Made by a program: the position numbers and the translations under genes. DNA of 63,061 bases, counting the filler, from Phoronis australis (lineage: Eukaryota; Animalia; Phoronida), in NCBI GenBank assembly GCA_002633005.1. It is 12 parts of 12 records of this genome, joined end to end, with 100 filler letters (N's around TTAATTAATTAA, not from the genome) between each part and the next. Parts side by side here need not be neighbours in the genome. Positions count along the whole stretch, not along the records: positions 1 to 10,403 come from NMRA01001483.1; positions 10,504 to 15,700 come from NMRA01002397.1; 10 more parts are not named here. One strand, written 5' to 3'. Positions 1-11,880 of this stretch are shown piece after piece (the stretch's first letter is position 1; the number at the start of each line of letters is the position of its first letter). The notes under the pieces are model-generated. The model was not told where the DNA came from and made no database searches. It worked only from the letters and a program-made list of their open reading frames with translations.

Positions 1-462
1 TCAATTTTATTTTGATTTAATATTGTATATTCGTGTTATTTTTTATACTTTCTGTCGAACAGACTGGCTTTTACCTGACCTCAGTTTGTTCGTCAAGATA
101 GACACAAAATAAATCAAAGTTTGTTGAATTGGATTTTTTTATTAAAGAAATTTTCTCAGGTCTCACTAAAATAAGTCTACAATAAACAGGGGGTTTGTAA
201 ACATAGTCGGAAATCCGGGGTTAGTTTGCAACAGACTGGTAGTCTCAATAAGCAGACGATGAGATTTACAAAGAACTGAACGTTCGTGACAATGCCAGGC
301 GAATAAAATGACACGCGGTGACAAACTTTAGACCCTGGTCTTCAACAAAAACGCAATGTCAGTTCTTTTCAAGTCCAGAGATGATCTATTTCGACTGAGG
401 AACAGTTTAATAAAATTTCCATAACTAACTGGTCTAATCAAATGTTGTTATTTTTGACGGAA

Positions 463-1207
463 GGTGTGGTCCTAGTCGTTTTAACGTGAAGATGCTAAAG
501 TACCTCGAACATTTAAAAATTTGAACCCACAGATGTTCGCGAGTTAAATCGTGCTCATAAATCACAGCTGATATACGCACGGGTAACCAGTGTACCACGG
601 ATTGCAGTGACAAAGCCCAAATTAAAAATAGCTTAGTAATCGTGTTAATGAATGTGCGAGCGTTTGTGCTCTATTAATTTAAGATTACAACCGATAAAAA
701 TACATTTCGTATTAGGTGCATCATTTTCCAAACATCTGTCCATAAAGAAGCCATGGGGTGTTCACCTGCCTTTTGACGTGACGCTTCACGGCTAATTGGT
801 CATTTTGTTTACCCTCACTATCCTNNNNNNNNNNNNNNNNNNNNNGGTGTGGTCCTAGTCGTTTTAACGTGAAGATGCTAAAGTACCTCGAACATTTAAA
901 AATTTGAACCCACAGATGTTCGCGAGTTAAATCGTGCTCATAAATCACAGCTGATATACGCACGGGTAACCAGTGTACCACGGATTGCAGTGACAAAGCC
1001 CAAATTAAAAATAGCTTAGTAATCGTGTTAATAAATGTGCGAGCGTTTGTGCTCTATTAATTTAAGATTACAACCGATAAAAATACATTTCGTATTAGGT
1101 GCATCATTTTCCAAACATCTGTCCATAAAGAAGCCATGGGGTGTTCACCTGCCTTTTGACGTGACTCTTCACGGCTAATTGGTCATTTTGTTTACCCTCA
1201 CTATCCT
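463..1207. repeat. 362-bp near-identical direct duplication (463-824 = 846-1207) flanking a 21-N gap; probable unmerged contig overlap
   Basis: Both copies run from GGTGTGGTCCTAG to CACTATCCT with only a few substitutions and abut the gap at 825-845. Confidence 0.9.
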
Positions 1208-2937
1208 TGGCCGTTCACCAGAATTTGTAAGGAGGGGTTTTCAATTTTTGTTCCAAACTTTTGAGAATTAACGTGGGTTACGGGGCATCATTTTGTTTTA
1301 GTCAGGTAGGTGGAAAAGTCGTTGTTAATACCTGTCAGTATGTCAAAACCAGAATTAGTGTTTTTTTTTTAATTGCTAAAATTGTAAATTGTGCAGCTGC
1401 CGCTTTTTCATAAGATATCTGTATTGATCGGCTGAGGCATAGTCAGTCTTATGTTTAATCCGGCATTGCTTATTAACAACAGATTTACTTGCCTTACCTT
1501 CAAGCTATCGACGACCTCTTCAAGAAGAGGCTTTATTTTTTCAGTTGCAGGCGCGCATTTTCCCAAGCGAGTGATCACGAAGCACACGGTCAAACAGGGC
1601 ACGATGTGGTTCACCGACGCCATTTTCCAAATCAACTGTCGTTGGCGGGTAAACAATTACAGTAATCGGCCAACAGCAGGTCTCAATGAAGTTAAAATGA
1701 TAGCGAAGAACTTAGCTGAACAATAGGTTCTATGGAAAGCAGAAAACGTAACCAAAGTTATGAACGATACTAACAACATCATATAACACTACTATTATTT
1801 ATTTAAACACCATTCGCTAAAATTGGTGTTTGTGTTACTCGCTTGAGCGAATTTCTTAAGATTTTCTTTACTTTCTCATGAATTTGTCGTAATGAACTTT
1901 ACGGTCATCGAATGAAGTTTGATGTCGACATGAATTCGAGCAGGTGTCACGGTTTCGTCACATCTTGCGAAATGCCGTCGGATGTTACCGAGCACCTGTC
2001 CTATAATGGGCTACCACACAAAAAGCAAATGGATATTTTGATGTTTCTGGCAATAAAAATGTGTCATTTGCACGCTTTTACAAATTTTGGCATGGCGCAG
2101 TCTAGGAAAAGTAACAGCAGCTGCTTCGTTTACGGTACTGAAAAGAATGTACTATATAGTATAGTTTCTATCAATAAAGCTATTCCGTGTTTTACTAAAA
2201 GTGTACATGTATGTAAGGAGTGTTACAGAGTAGTTTAAACGCGTGTTAACTTTTGCCAGTACTCGAACAAAATGATTTGCTAAAATGCGGAAAATCACCG
2301 AGGCAGGGGGTGCATACGATCCTGAAAAATCATTAAATTTTGGTCGAAATTGAAATGCTGTTTGTCTGCAGTTTGACATTCTTGAAGTAAATCTCAACTG
2401 GCAAACATTTGTTCACCACATCGCTTACGAGGTGTTTGTTAACATGGTTTGGTTGTGTCACAGGTGTGTCATTGTGTGACGTTGTTCAATATTCGTCAAT
2501 TTCTAACGTTGAATTCTAGGTTTTAGAACTACACGTGACGTCATGCAAAAAATATAAATAGGCAGTCTTGATCGATGTACATAGAGCTTAATGATTTATG
2601 ACGGAAAATAAATGTCCCGGTTGGACTACGTAAAATTTGCGTTCCCCTTGGAGGATCAGCTTTGCAATCACTAGGCAAATATTTTTGTGTATTAAAGGAT
2701 TATAAAATGTGCGCACCTAGTCTAAAGTTTAGGAGGCTCGAATTTTTCGGTATGCGGACCTTTCACTGAAAAAAATCAATGAGGACTAAAAAAGGGAACC
2801 AACAGGTTCAGGCCTACGAACTGTGCATCCGTGGCAGATTTCTGTGGACTATGAGGACTTTTGTCTCGTTTGCTCGGACTTTGTGTTTCATTGAGGCGGG
2901 CCATTTTTCCCAATTCACCAAATTGGGGGGCACGTTC
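1206..2937. repeat. ~1.73-kb direct repeat, copy A (copy B at 4106-5825)
   Basis: Colinear and highly similar to copy B from CTTGGCCGTTCACC to GGGGGCACGTTC. Ends at a single N (2938), after which 1147-1207 sequence recurs. Confidence 0.9.
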
Positions 2938-4105
2938 NACCTGCCTTTTGACGTGACTCTTCACGGCTAATTGGTCATTTTGTTTACCCTCACTATCCTC
3001 AATCGTTACGAGTTTATAATACCACATTTTGTGACATAAAATGATAAAATGAGATATTCTCATCGTGAACTGCCACCTGTTGTGATAACAGCAAACTAAT
3101 TTTAATTATTAAAATAATTTCCACGGATGTTTGGTTTGTATTTGAATTTGGTGTTGATTTTGAGGTCATTGCACTGACCAAGTTACGTAATTATTCGATA
3201 TTTCCTAAACACCACCATCAACTTATAAAAATACATATTAGACACATAATGACATTTTTCTACCGACGTCTCAGAGCCTGAATCCTGAGAGTCGGCGTTG
3301 GCAGTGTTTTGCTCTGCAATCACGTATTTTTCGCCTGTAGTAAAATATTTCGATTTAGCAAAGGAATTCTTTAACTTAGTCCAAACTTTAGGAGTTGGTG
3401 AGGATTAGGGAACAATATTTTTTCTCAAAGATTGAAGCAATCACATTGTTTTTAATACGTTTTCAGGTTTGAACCGTGCTTAGTTACAGACGATTATTTT
3501 AAAAACATTTTTCCATGTTTTTGACAAAACCGGATTTTTTAAAACCTAATTGTGATAGAAATTTTGAGAAAAAGTTGCGTATCCCATAAGTCGGTCCTTT
3601 TGTATTGAATCACTCCGTAAAATTGATAAATGGGAAGTGCACACTGGATTATTTTTTACAACTGAATAGTTACATGTACACTTGATATAACTAACATTGA
3701 AAACAGTCGTAAGGGCGAGCTGTCAGTTTGACGTAATACCCAGACAGTGTCGTAAGTAACAAAGCTTGTTATTACTGGTTTTTGGTATTTTTAAAGCTCG
3801 ATCTACTGTTGCTTCGTGGCAGGATTTGACACTGGGCTACGATTATATAAGATTCACCTCTAGACTTGTGTAAGATTCTTGTCTCGATAGTTTGCAGTAC
3901 ACAAACGTGTATTACTGTACTTAACTGTTGGCTTGTGTTTCCCTTTAGTTTAGGACCTTTGAGTGATCAAAGCAGGTTTCACCTAACAAGCGCACTCTGT
4001 TGCGTCACTGAATGGATATGTTACGGTTCTTGGGGGGGGGGGGGGTGTTTTTGACTACAGTTGTCGTAGACATGCAACTCGTCTGAAGACTTCATGTAGG
4101 TCACG

Positions 4106-5825
4106 CTTGGCCGTTCACCAGAATTTGTAAGGAGGGGTTTTCAATTTTTGTTCCAAACTTTTGAAAATTAACGTGGGTTAAGGGGCATCACTTTGTTTTA
4201 GTCAGGTAGGTGGAAAAGTCGTTGTTAATACCTGTCAGTATGTCAAAACCAGAATTAGTGTTTTTTTTTAATTGCCAAAATTGTAAATTGTGCAGCTGCC
4301 GCTTTTTCATAAGAAATCTGTATTGATCGGCTGAGGCATAGTCAGTCTTATGTTTAATCCGGCACTGCTTATTAACAACAGATTTACTTGCCTTACCTTC
4401 AAGCTATCGACGACCTCTTCAAGAAGAGGCTTTATTTTTCCAGTTGCAGGCGCGCATTTTCCCAAGCGAGTGATCACGAAGCACACGGTCAAACAGGGCA
4501 CGATGTGGTTCACCGACGCCATTTTCCAAATCAACTGTCGTTGGCGGGTAAACAATTACAGTAATCGGCCAACAGCAGGTCTCAATGAAGTTAAAATGAT
4601 AGCGAAGAACTTAGCTGAACAATAGGTTCTATGGAAAGCAGAAAACGTAACCAAAGTCATGAACAATAATAACAACATCATGTAACACAACTTTTATTTA
4701 TTTAAACACCATTCGCTAAAATTGGTGTTTGTGTTACTCGCTTGAGCGAATTTCTTAAGATTTCTTTTACTTTCTCATGAATTTGTCGTAATGAACTTTA
4801 CGGTCATCGAATGAAGTTTGATGTCGACATGAATTCGAGCAGGTGTCACGGTTTCGTCACATCTTGCGAAATGCCGTCGGATGTTACCGAGCACCTGTCC
4901 TATAATGGGCTACCACACAAAAAGCAAATGGATATTTTGATGTTTCTGGCAATAAAAATGTGTCATTTGCACGCTTTTACAAATTTTGGCATGGCGTACT
5001 CTAAGAAATGTAACAGCAGGTGCTTCTTTTACGGTACTGAAAAGAATGTACTATAGTATAGTTTCTATCAATAAAGCTATTCCGTGTTTTACTAAAGGCA
5101 TATGTAAGGAGTGTTACAGAGCAGTTTAAACGCGTGTTAACTTTTGCCAGTACTCGAACAAAATGATTTGCTAAAATGCGGAAAATCACCGAGGCAGGGG
5201 GTGCACACGATCCTGAAAAATCATTAAATTTTGGTCGAAATTGAAATGCTGTTTGTCTGCAGTTTGGCATTCTTGAAGTAAATCTCAACTGGCAAAAAGT
5301 TGCTCACCACATCGCTTCCGAGGGGTTTGTTAACAGGGTTTGTTTGTATCACAGGTATGTCATTGTGTGACGTTGTTCAATATTCGTCAATTTCTAACGT
5401 TGAATTCTAGGGCTTAGAACTACACGTGACGTCATCCAAAAATATTTATAGGCAGTCTAGATCGATGTACATAGAGCTTAATGATTTATGACGGAAAATA
5501 ACAGACCCGGTTGGACTAGGAAAATTTGCGTTCCCCTTGGAGGATCAGCTTTGCAATCACTAGGCAAATATTTTTGTGTATTAAAGGATTATAATATATG
5601 CGCACCCAGTCTAAAATATAGGGAGCTCGAATTTTTCGGTATGCGGACATTTCACTGAAAAAAATCAACGAGGACTAAAAAGGGAACCACTAGGTTCAGG
5701 CTTACGAATTGTGCATCCGTGACAGATTTCTGTGGACTTTGAGGACTTTTGTCTCGTTTGCTCGGACTTAGTGTTTCATTGAGGCGGACCATTTTACCCA
5801 ATTCACCAAATTGGGGGGCACGTTC
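4106..5825. repeat. ~1.72-kb direct repeat, copy B
   Basis: Matches copy A. The ORF track shows the same short ORFs in both (1451/4350, 1912/4811). Confidence 0.9.
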
Positions 5826-5866
5826 GAGCCCTCCGAGCCCCCCACCCTCCCCTGAGTGCGCCCATG
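5595..5866. mobile_element. MITE family B (imperfect TIR CATG(G/C)GCGCAC(C/T)CAG)
   Basis: Left end TATATGCGCACCCAG, right end CTGAGTGCGCCCATG. A related shorter copy lies inverted at ~59663-59809 and a truncated copy at ~2708-2937. Confidence 0.5.
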
Positions 5867-7476
5867 TACTGTATAAGAATAAATTTACAGGCGCTGAATC
5901 CGACAAAATCATCTTTCAAAGCATCGTTGTCATCGAATTTCTGTCCTGCGCTAACAAAAAGTCCCCCTTTACATAAACAAACAAATGAAAAAATGAAAAA
6001 TCAATAACAATAAGTGAAATAAGTCAAACGATAAAGAGACTAAAATTATGAGTTGAACTTGAAAACAAAGTGAAGTAGCGCTAAATTACCGACTCTCCAG
6101 GAATCAGTTAGTGGACTGGCACAGCTTGGGGTCTTCGGAACACAAATTTCTAGATACTATTACATATGAAGCAGTTGAGAATATGACAGATTGGGTCGTA
6201 GTTGCAAATTATGAAGTTTTTAAAAACCTGGGGAATGCTTTCAAAGAGTGTGTTTTATTATATTTAGAGTAGAGACTGGTGTTTCAGTGCAGTTGATAAG
6301 GCGAGGAATTTCAAATATAATACAGGCCTTTAATGACAATTTGTTAGATGCGGGAATCAAAATGTTGAGTTTTATGATCCAACTAACGAATTACGGGAGG
6401 TTTGAGTTCCGAGATTGTAGGGTTGCAGTCGGTAAATTACATAGTCTTTTAGGAATACGACAAGGTACATTGTAACCGTACATTAAGCACTAAGAGACGT
6501 CGTGTCGTACTGTGATGAACGGTACAATGGGTTAGACTTCATATGCAGTTAGGTGAGTGACCGCAGTGAATGACTAACTGTTCAAAATGGGATCAGCAAC
6601 CGGGTAAAATGTCTGGTTTTCAAAATTGGGTGAATGAACAGGTCAAAGGAGAACTCAACCGTTTTATTTTGTTTTTTTTTTTAGTACGTCTTAGAGTGGT
6701 TTGGCTCATAAGAGAGATTAAAGCCAAAACAGGCTGCATGTAAAACATTCCAAAAAAANAAAAAAAAAAAACTGCCACTAGGAGGCGTACATTACGTGAG
6801 TCGTGTTAGAAGTGCACTCTTCCGTTAGCTACTGCTGAACTTAGTGGAGTGGATTCACAATCCATGGAAAAAATAAAATCGTGACCAAAAGGCCCGCCTT
6901 TCCAAGTGATTCCGCTTTCAGCGAATTGTGACAATTTAGTCTACTCGTTTTCGCTACTGAACACAGTGTCGCTCGATCGTGAAATCTAATACAGACTTAC
7001 TTTTCGGCCCTTTTGTTCGTTTACCGGTACGTGACTTTGTATAGTTCCGTGAATGAAAAATACCCGTCAAGTGAACAGTAATTTTATAACTGGGGAACAT
7101 TTCTCTTCAAGAATCTGTGTTTTTACTAAAGGCATGTCTACAACAAAAATTAGAATTCCCATTAAAGTCGTTGCACTTTCTGCCCCCTTATTGTCAAGAC
7201 CCACTTATGAAATAAGCAGATGTATGAACTGGACTGGTACAAGCTAGTCCACGGTCCATGCAATGTGTCTATAGGTGGCGCTGTCGCTCGAGTCGGGTCA
7301 CGAAGAACTGACGAGCAACGTCGCTCAAAACTAGTTTCACAAAAATACAATTAACGAGTGACGGAAAGAGCGGAAGATAGTTGATGTGACATTGTTTTTG
7401 ATGCTCGGATCTACAAGTTAATGTCATGTTCTTTTTCTGCCTGAAAATACTGCATGTGTGCTTACTGACCTGGGGT

Positions 7477-8911
7477 TAGTTCGGTCCGGGGCTAGTTGGG
7501 CCAACGCTCCAATGACTCCGCAATTACAGTATATGTGCACTTTCGGCCACGGTCATTTTGAGCACTACTACACTAAAACCACGCTGGTCGAAGGCGGGGT
7601 GTTTTTTATTGATCTGACAGGCAACGATTGGTTTTTAACCCAGGTGAGTAAATTTTGGAGCTTCAATCGATTCAGTGCTGGCCATAAGCCGTGAGCAATG
7701 ATGTAAAATGTTTTGTTCGTGGGTTTCAACAACAGCTTGCTCTTCAAGACAAGCCATGTGTTTCTTTAGATTTTTCAGTGATTGATGAGTTAATCACGTG
7801 TGTTTTCCATTTAGAGCTAATGGGGCAAGTTGGGCCCTTTCACGTGACGCTAGTCTGGCCAGGGGCCGAACTTGTCCCGTTCACTTTACTTGATATATCA
7901 TCAATAAATGGTTTTATCAGGAAATTTAATTAGTACTATTCATCGTGAAATTGCACAAACTCATCTTAAATATGTTTCTTTGGTAGCGCATTGTCATTCT
8001 GTACGTTTGTAAACAGAACATGATTTTTAAACGTTGCTACTGTGGGCATTAATAATGTGAAAGTGTTTTACTCTATGTCTGATGCGAAGCTACGGGTTAA
8101 AAGTAAGCCGCCTGGCTTGTGATCTACATTTGCGGGGTATCGTCTGGTCTTGAACAAATAAAATACCAAGTTTTAATTATGATTTTTATCCGAATTTTTC
8201 CCTAAGCGTGGATCGACGTTACAAGAGAAAAACTAAATCAAGAGAATCAGATACTCTAAGGGCAGCGGTCAAACTAGCACATTTTTCTTGATTTATTCTC
8301 GAGGAATACTTTATAAATGGAGCACCTGCTGGCTCAAAATGAACCGCTCATCCATCAGGCTGAATGACAGTTGACAATTTCACCATGTTTCTTCTTCATT
8401 TCGTTGAAAATGTCAAACCATCAAAAGATGCTCCCGTACTCATTCTTCTTGATAACCATGATTCACATCTATCCATCAACGCCTTGCAAATTACACTTTA
8501 AGTAAAAAAGTAGCATTCGATCATCAATTTAGTAGGTAGAAGATTATGATATTTGCGATGTATTTTTAATAGACAGTTAACATTCAAGCCCTAGTTCTTG
8601 TGTATTTTACGGTCCTTTGGGACAAATAAACAGGCATACACCAACATAAAATTGTGTAAAAATGTGTTTTTGTTTATTTTAAGAGTACTGCAATGGAGGC
8701 TGAACCTGCCCCGAGGGTGGGCCCCCGAAGGTGAACATATTAAAACGAAAATTGCTACAAGACGAGTGCACTTAACTCGCTTACATTTGCACCATATATT
8801 GGCTGACAGACTGCACTTCTCGTACAGTGCTTATGGATGAACCAGCTTAAATAGTTTCTACAATATTGCACTTTTTTCAAAAAAGGGTTGAAATAGCCCC
8901 GGTCTCCCCTA
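7477..8911 (+). mobile_element. Decayed pogo/Fot1-type (Tc1/mariner superfamily) DNA transposon
   Basis: Right end GCCCCGGTCTCCCC followed by TA (8910-8911). GGGG(C/T)(T/A)AGTT subterminal motifs at ~7481-7500 and ~7822. Contains a DDE_1 relic. Left boundary is approximate. Confidence 0.65.
8301..8492 (+). pseudogene. DDE_1 (pogo/Tigger/Fot1-like) transposase fragment with stop codons
   Basis: Translates EEYFINGAPAGSK*TAHPSG*MTVDNFTMFLLHFVENVKPSKDAPVLILLDNHDSHLSINALQI, matching the family pattern GAP.GS...PSGWM...F..HF...VKPSK..PVLL.LDNH.SH. Confidence 0.85.
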
Positions 8912-9020
8912 GATAGCTTTGACAGGTATATAACACGCGCTCAGCTAGACTGGTCTGAGCCCTGGTTTTGGAAATTGACAACTAAGTGGAGTGATGCCCA
9001 AGTCGGATTTAAGTTTATTC

Positions 9021-9347
9021 CAGTGAAAGAATTAGGGGAGGCAAAGGGGGTATGTCTCCCCTAAAATTCTTCCAAATTGCGTTTGACAGTTCGAGGTGCG
9101 AATGTCTGACGGGCAAAATCCTGCATGGCTTGTACTCTGCCCTGGCCCCCTATAGGGGCGGATCCAGTACTTTCAGGGGCAGCAGGGCAGAGTATTAGCC
9201 AGGATTTTGCCTGTCAGTCATTCACATTCCCGAACTCTCAAATGGGATCTGGGAGAATGAGGGGGTGGCATGGCCCCCTTGACCCCCTCTAAATCCGCCA
9301 CTGCCCCTCCCCTCAAACTCAAACTCAAAATCCTGGATCCGTCCCTG
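9021..9347 (-). mobile_element. MITE family A (ends CAGGG(G/A)CGGATCCAG / CAGTG) with 5-bp TSD TATTC, containing a nested inverted copy of itself at 9153-9303
   Basis: TATTC at 9016-9020 and 9348-9352. Homologous to 23295-23454 and 59576-59869. Confidence 0.8.
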
Positions 9348-9919
9348 TATTCGTGGTAAAATTCGTATTACAACATCGCTGACGCAAACATTTGCGACAT
9401 GTTTTGTATGGCTATGATTTGTAATAACAAGGAAATGTCCTCATTGCCTCATAATTTATGATTTGGGTGACTTTTTTATTACCTGCTCCGTATTCTCACT
9501 GACCCATATTTCAAGCGGCCATGTCAAACCGCTGTCTACTATCACAACAAGTCAAATGTATGAAGGGAATTTATGGCTCCAAAAGTTCATTACTGCTTGA
9601 GATCAGGCTGCTTTTTCACGGCTACCCGCGTCGTCATTTTGTGCTCTGACATGCAGGCGCATGGCGCAAGGAATATAACCATTGGGACAATAACAACGAA
9701 ATCATCTGCCATAAGCCCAGTGCCACCGCGCCATCTGGGTAGGTCCTCCTAAGTCTCGATCTGACTGACTACACACATGAGCACGCAGGCGCATGCATGC
9801 ACGCACGAATGTAGTGTACGCCGCAAGCACGCAAAAATTGACCTAGATCAACTTTTCTGGTAAACACTTAAAAATATCTGCGACACCTACTACTCAATTC
9901 AATGTATCCAAATTATCTA

Positions 9920-10390
9920 CTGCCAGACAATTTCCTGTGGTGGGGGAAACATCAGCCAGGCTGTTATAACTACAGGTAGATGTAGCCACCTGAAACTGAT
10001 GACAATTTCTTCAACAAAGACCAATGAATCGTGAATGAACTCAGCCAGACGAATTGAGTTGTGGATTACCCTCATCAGACACAACCAAACCTCCGAGTTG
10101 AGCTAACAAAACCCACCACGTAACCATTTAAACCAACTGTTTAACATCCAGCATCACTCCACGCGGCGCAGCAGTTATATATACCAGACAATTTCAGTTG
10201 TGGGGTGCCCCACGAAATCGGTTGCAAAATATTCAACATAACCCCGTGTATCATGAAAGAACATTGCCAGACAAATTCAGTTGGGTGGGTTAACCGCGCC
10301 TGACTAGCCCAAACCTCAGAGTTGAGCTTGATCAACCCACCACGTAACCCGTTGAAGCCCACAACGTTCAGCATCACTCCACACGAGACA
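9920..10390. repeat. Degenerate tandem repeat, ~220-bp period
   Basis: CAAACCTC(C/A)GAGTTGAGCT...CCACCACGTAACC...CAGCATCACTCCAC at ~10087 and ~10310. CCAGAC(A/G)AATT-like motifs recur four times. Confidence 0.6.
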
Positions 10391-10403
10391 TCCGTTACAT
10401 GCC

Positions 10404-10503
10404 NNNNNNNNNNNNNNNNNNNNNNNNNNNNNNNNNNNNNNNNNNNNTTAATTAATTAANNNNNNNNNNNNNNNNNNNNNNNNNNNNNNNNNNNNNNNNN
10501 NNN
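10404..10503. other. Artificial 100-nt scaffold-joining linker N44-TTAATTAATTAA-N44 (stop codons in all six frames); 11 in the window
   Basis: Identical structure at 10404-10503, 15701-15800, 18332-18431, 22114-22213, 24510-24609, 38596-38695, 40106-40205, 42349-42448, 45049-45148, 47387-47486 and 53182-53281. Confidence 0.97.
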
Positions 10504-11739
10504 TATCTCAGTTTCTACAATATCACATCAATAACAACTGGTTAAATCACTCAGACAACCCAACAGATTGTATAATGTTTGAACAAAGATGAAATACGGA
10601 GTATTACTGGACATCACTGACTGTCAAGTTCATTATCTCCCTCATTTGACCATTTTCCAGCGCAGTTCAAGGCAGCCAAGCGTGAAAAGAAACCTTTATC
10701 CTGCTGTAGTGTCAGCCAGCCTTCCTCCCAAAACTGCTCATCCGTCTTCATCGCCTGTGCAGTTTTAGCGGGGTCTGCTTTGTTGCTCTACTTTCTGAAA
10801 AATGACAGGCAGGTTGTAACACTCTTGAATTATACACTTTTTGCAGAACTTTGCTGAGCCCAGCCACTACACAGGTGTGACTGCCGCTGAGTGGCATGAT
10901 CCAATGATTTTAGTTGAGATAATTCATTTGACCCATGGAGTGTAATATGTAAAACGACCACAAGTACAACAAGAAAAAACACTGTGGGCACTTGATTTAT
11001 TTTTGCCAGTTTGATTGGATTCCTTTGGACATCAAATGAATATCATATCCAGACAACAAATGTCAACATAGTGGTACTCATAAAACATAACGACACGCTT
11101 GATTTCCAGAATTACATAATTCACTGACAGCTGAAGTGAAAAGAAATTCCTGCGTGCAGGTTGTCAGTTAAAATTGGAATTTGTAATGCTATAACTACAG
11201 CATTCATCAATATATCTATAGAAAAAATACTTCCTGTAATGAACTAAAAAGAAGATGCATAACAACAATATCGGTTGTTGAAAAGTGAAAGTCAATGAGA
11301 TATTGCATTTTCCGCTTGCAACAAGTACAGGTCACTAGGTGCACATAATCTCACACTAAACTTACAACTAACACAAGACGCTACTAGTAAGTGGACTGAA
11401 TAGCTCTAGGCTAGCCTAGACTCCAACAACGGTGACAGGGCAGGTATATCACTGATTTGCCCTTGGCCTTAGGAACACAAGACTGTTAATCAGTTGTTTA
11501 CAGTGATGCAGGCTTAGGACTACTAAATTTCACCAGTGTGTACAATAAAAAGCTCTGTCTATACTACATGTTCAAAAACAAGTACTGTTGTTAAATTTTT
11601 GTGGTACATGCATGGTCCCACAGTTTGTGATCTTCCTGAAAGGAGGGATCAGTAACTTGCATTGCAGGGTACTGTATTAGAATAACATCTGTTGTTTCTA
11701 GCGGTGCTAACTGGTTCTCAAATCATGTATCCACAAAAC

Positions 11740-11880
11740 TTACTATTACCGCCACAATGCTATCGTGATAACCTCAAATTCAAACAAAGCAGTAGTAGTA
11801 CTCACCAGAATTACTATTACCGCCACAATGCTCTCGTGATAACCTCAAATTCAAACAAAGCAGTAGTAGTACTCACCAGA
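11740..11880. repeat. 71-bp tandem duplication, 2 copies
   Basis: TTACTATTACCGCCACAATGC...GTACTCACCAGA starts at 11740 and again at 11811. Confidence 0.9.

Noticed and set aside
1408-5288. Pairs of near-identical ORFs suggesting duplicated genes
   Set aside because: The identity reflects the 1.7-kb DNA duplication; no domains or exon structure are recognisable.
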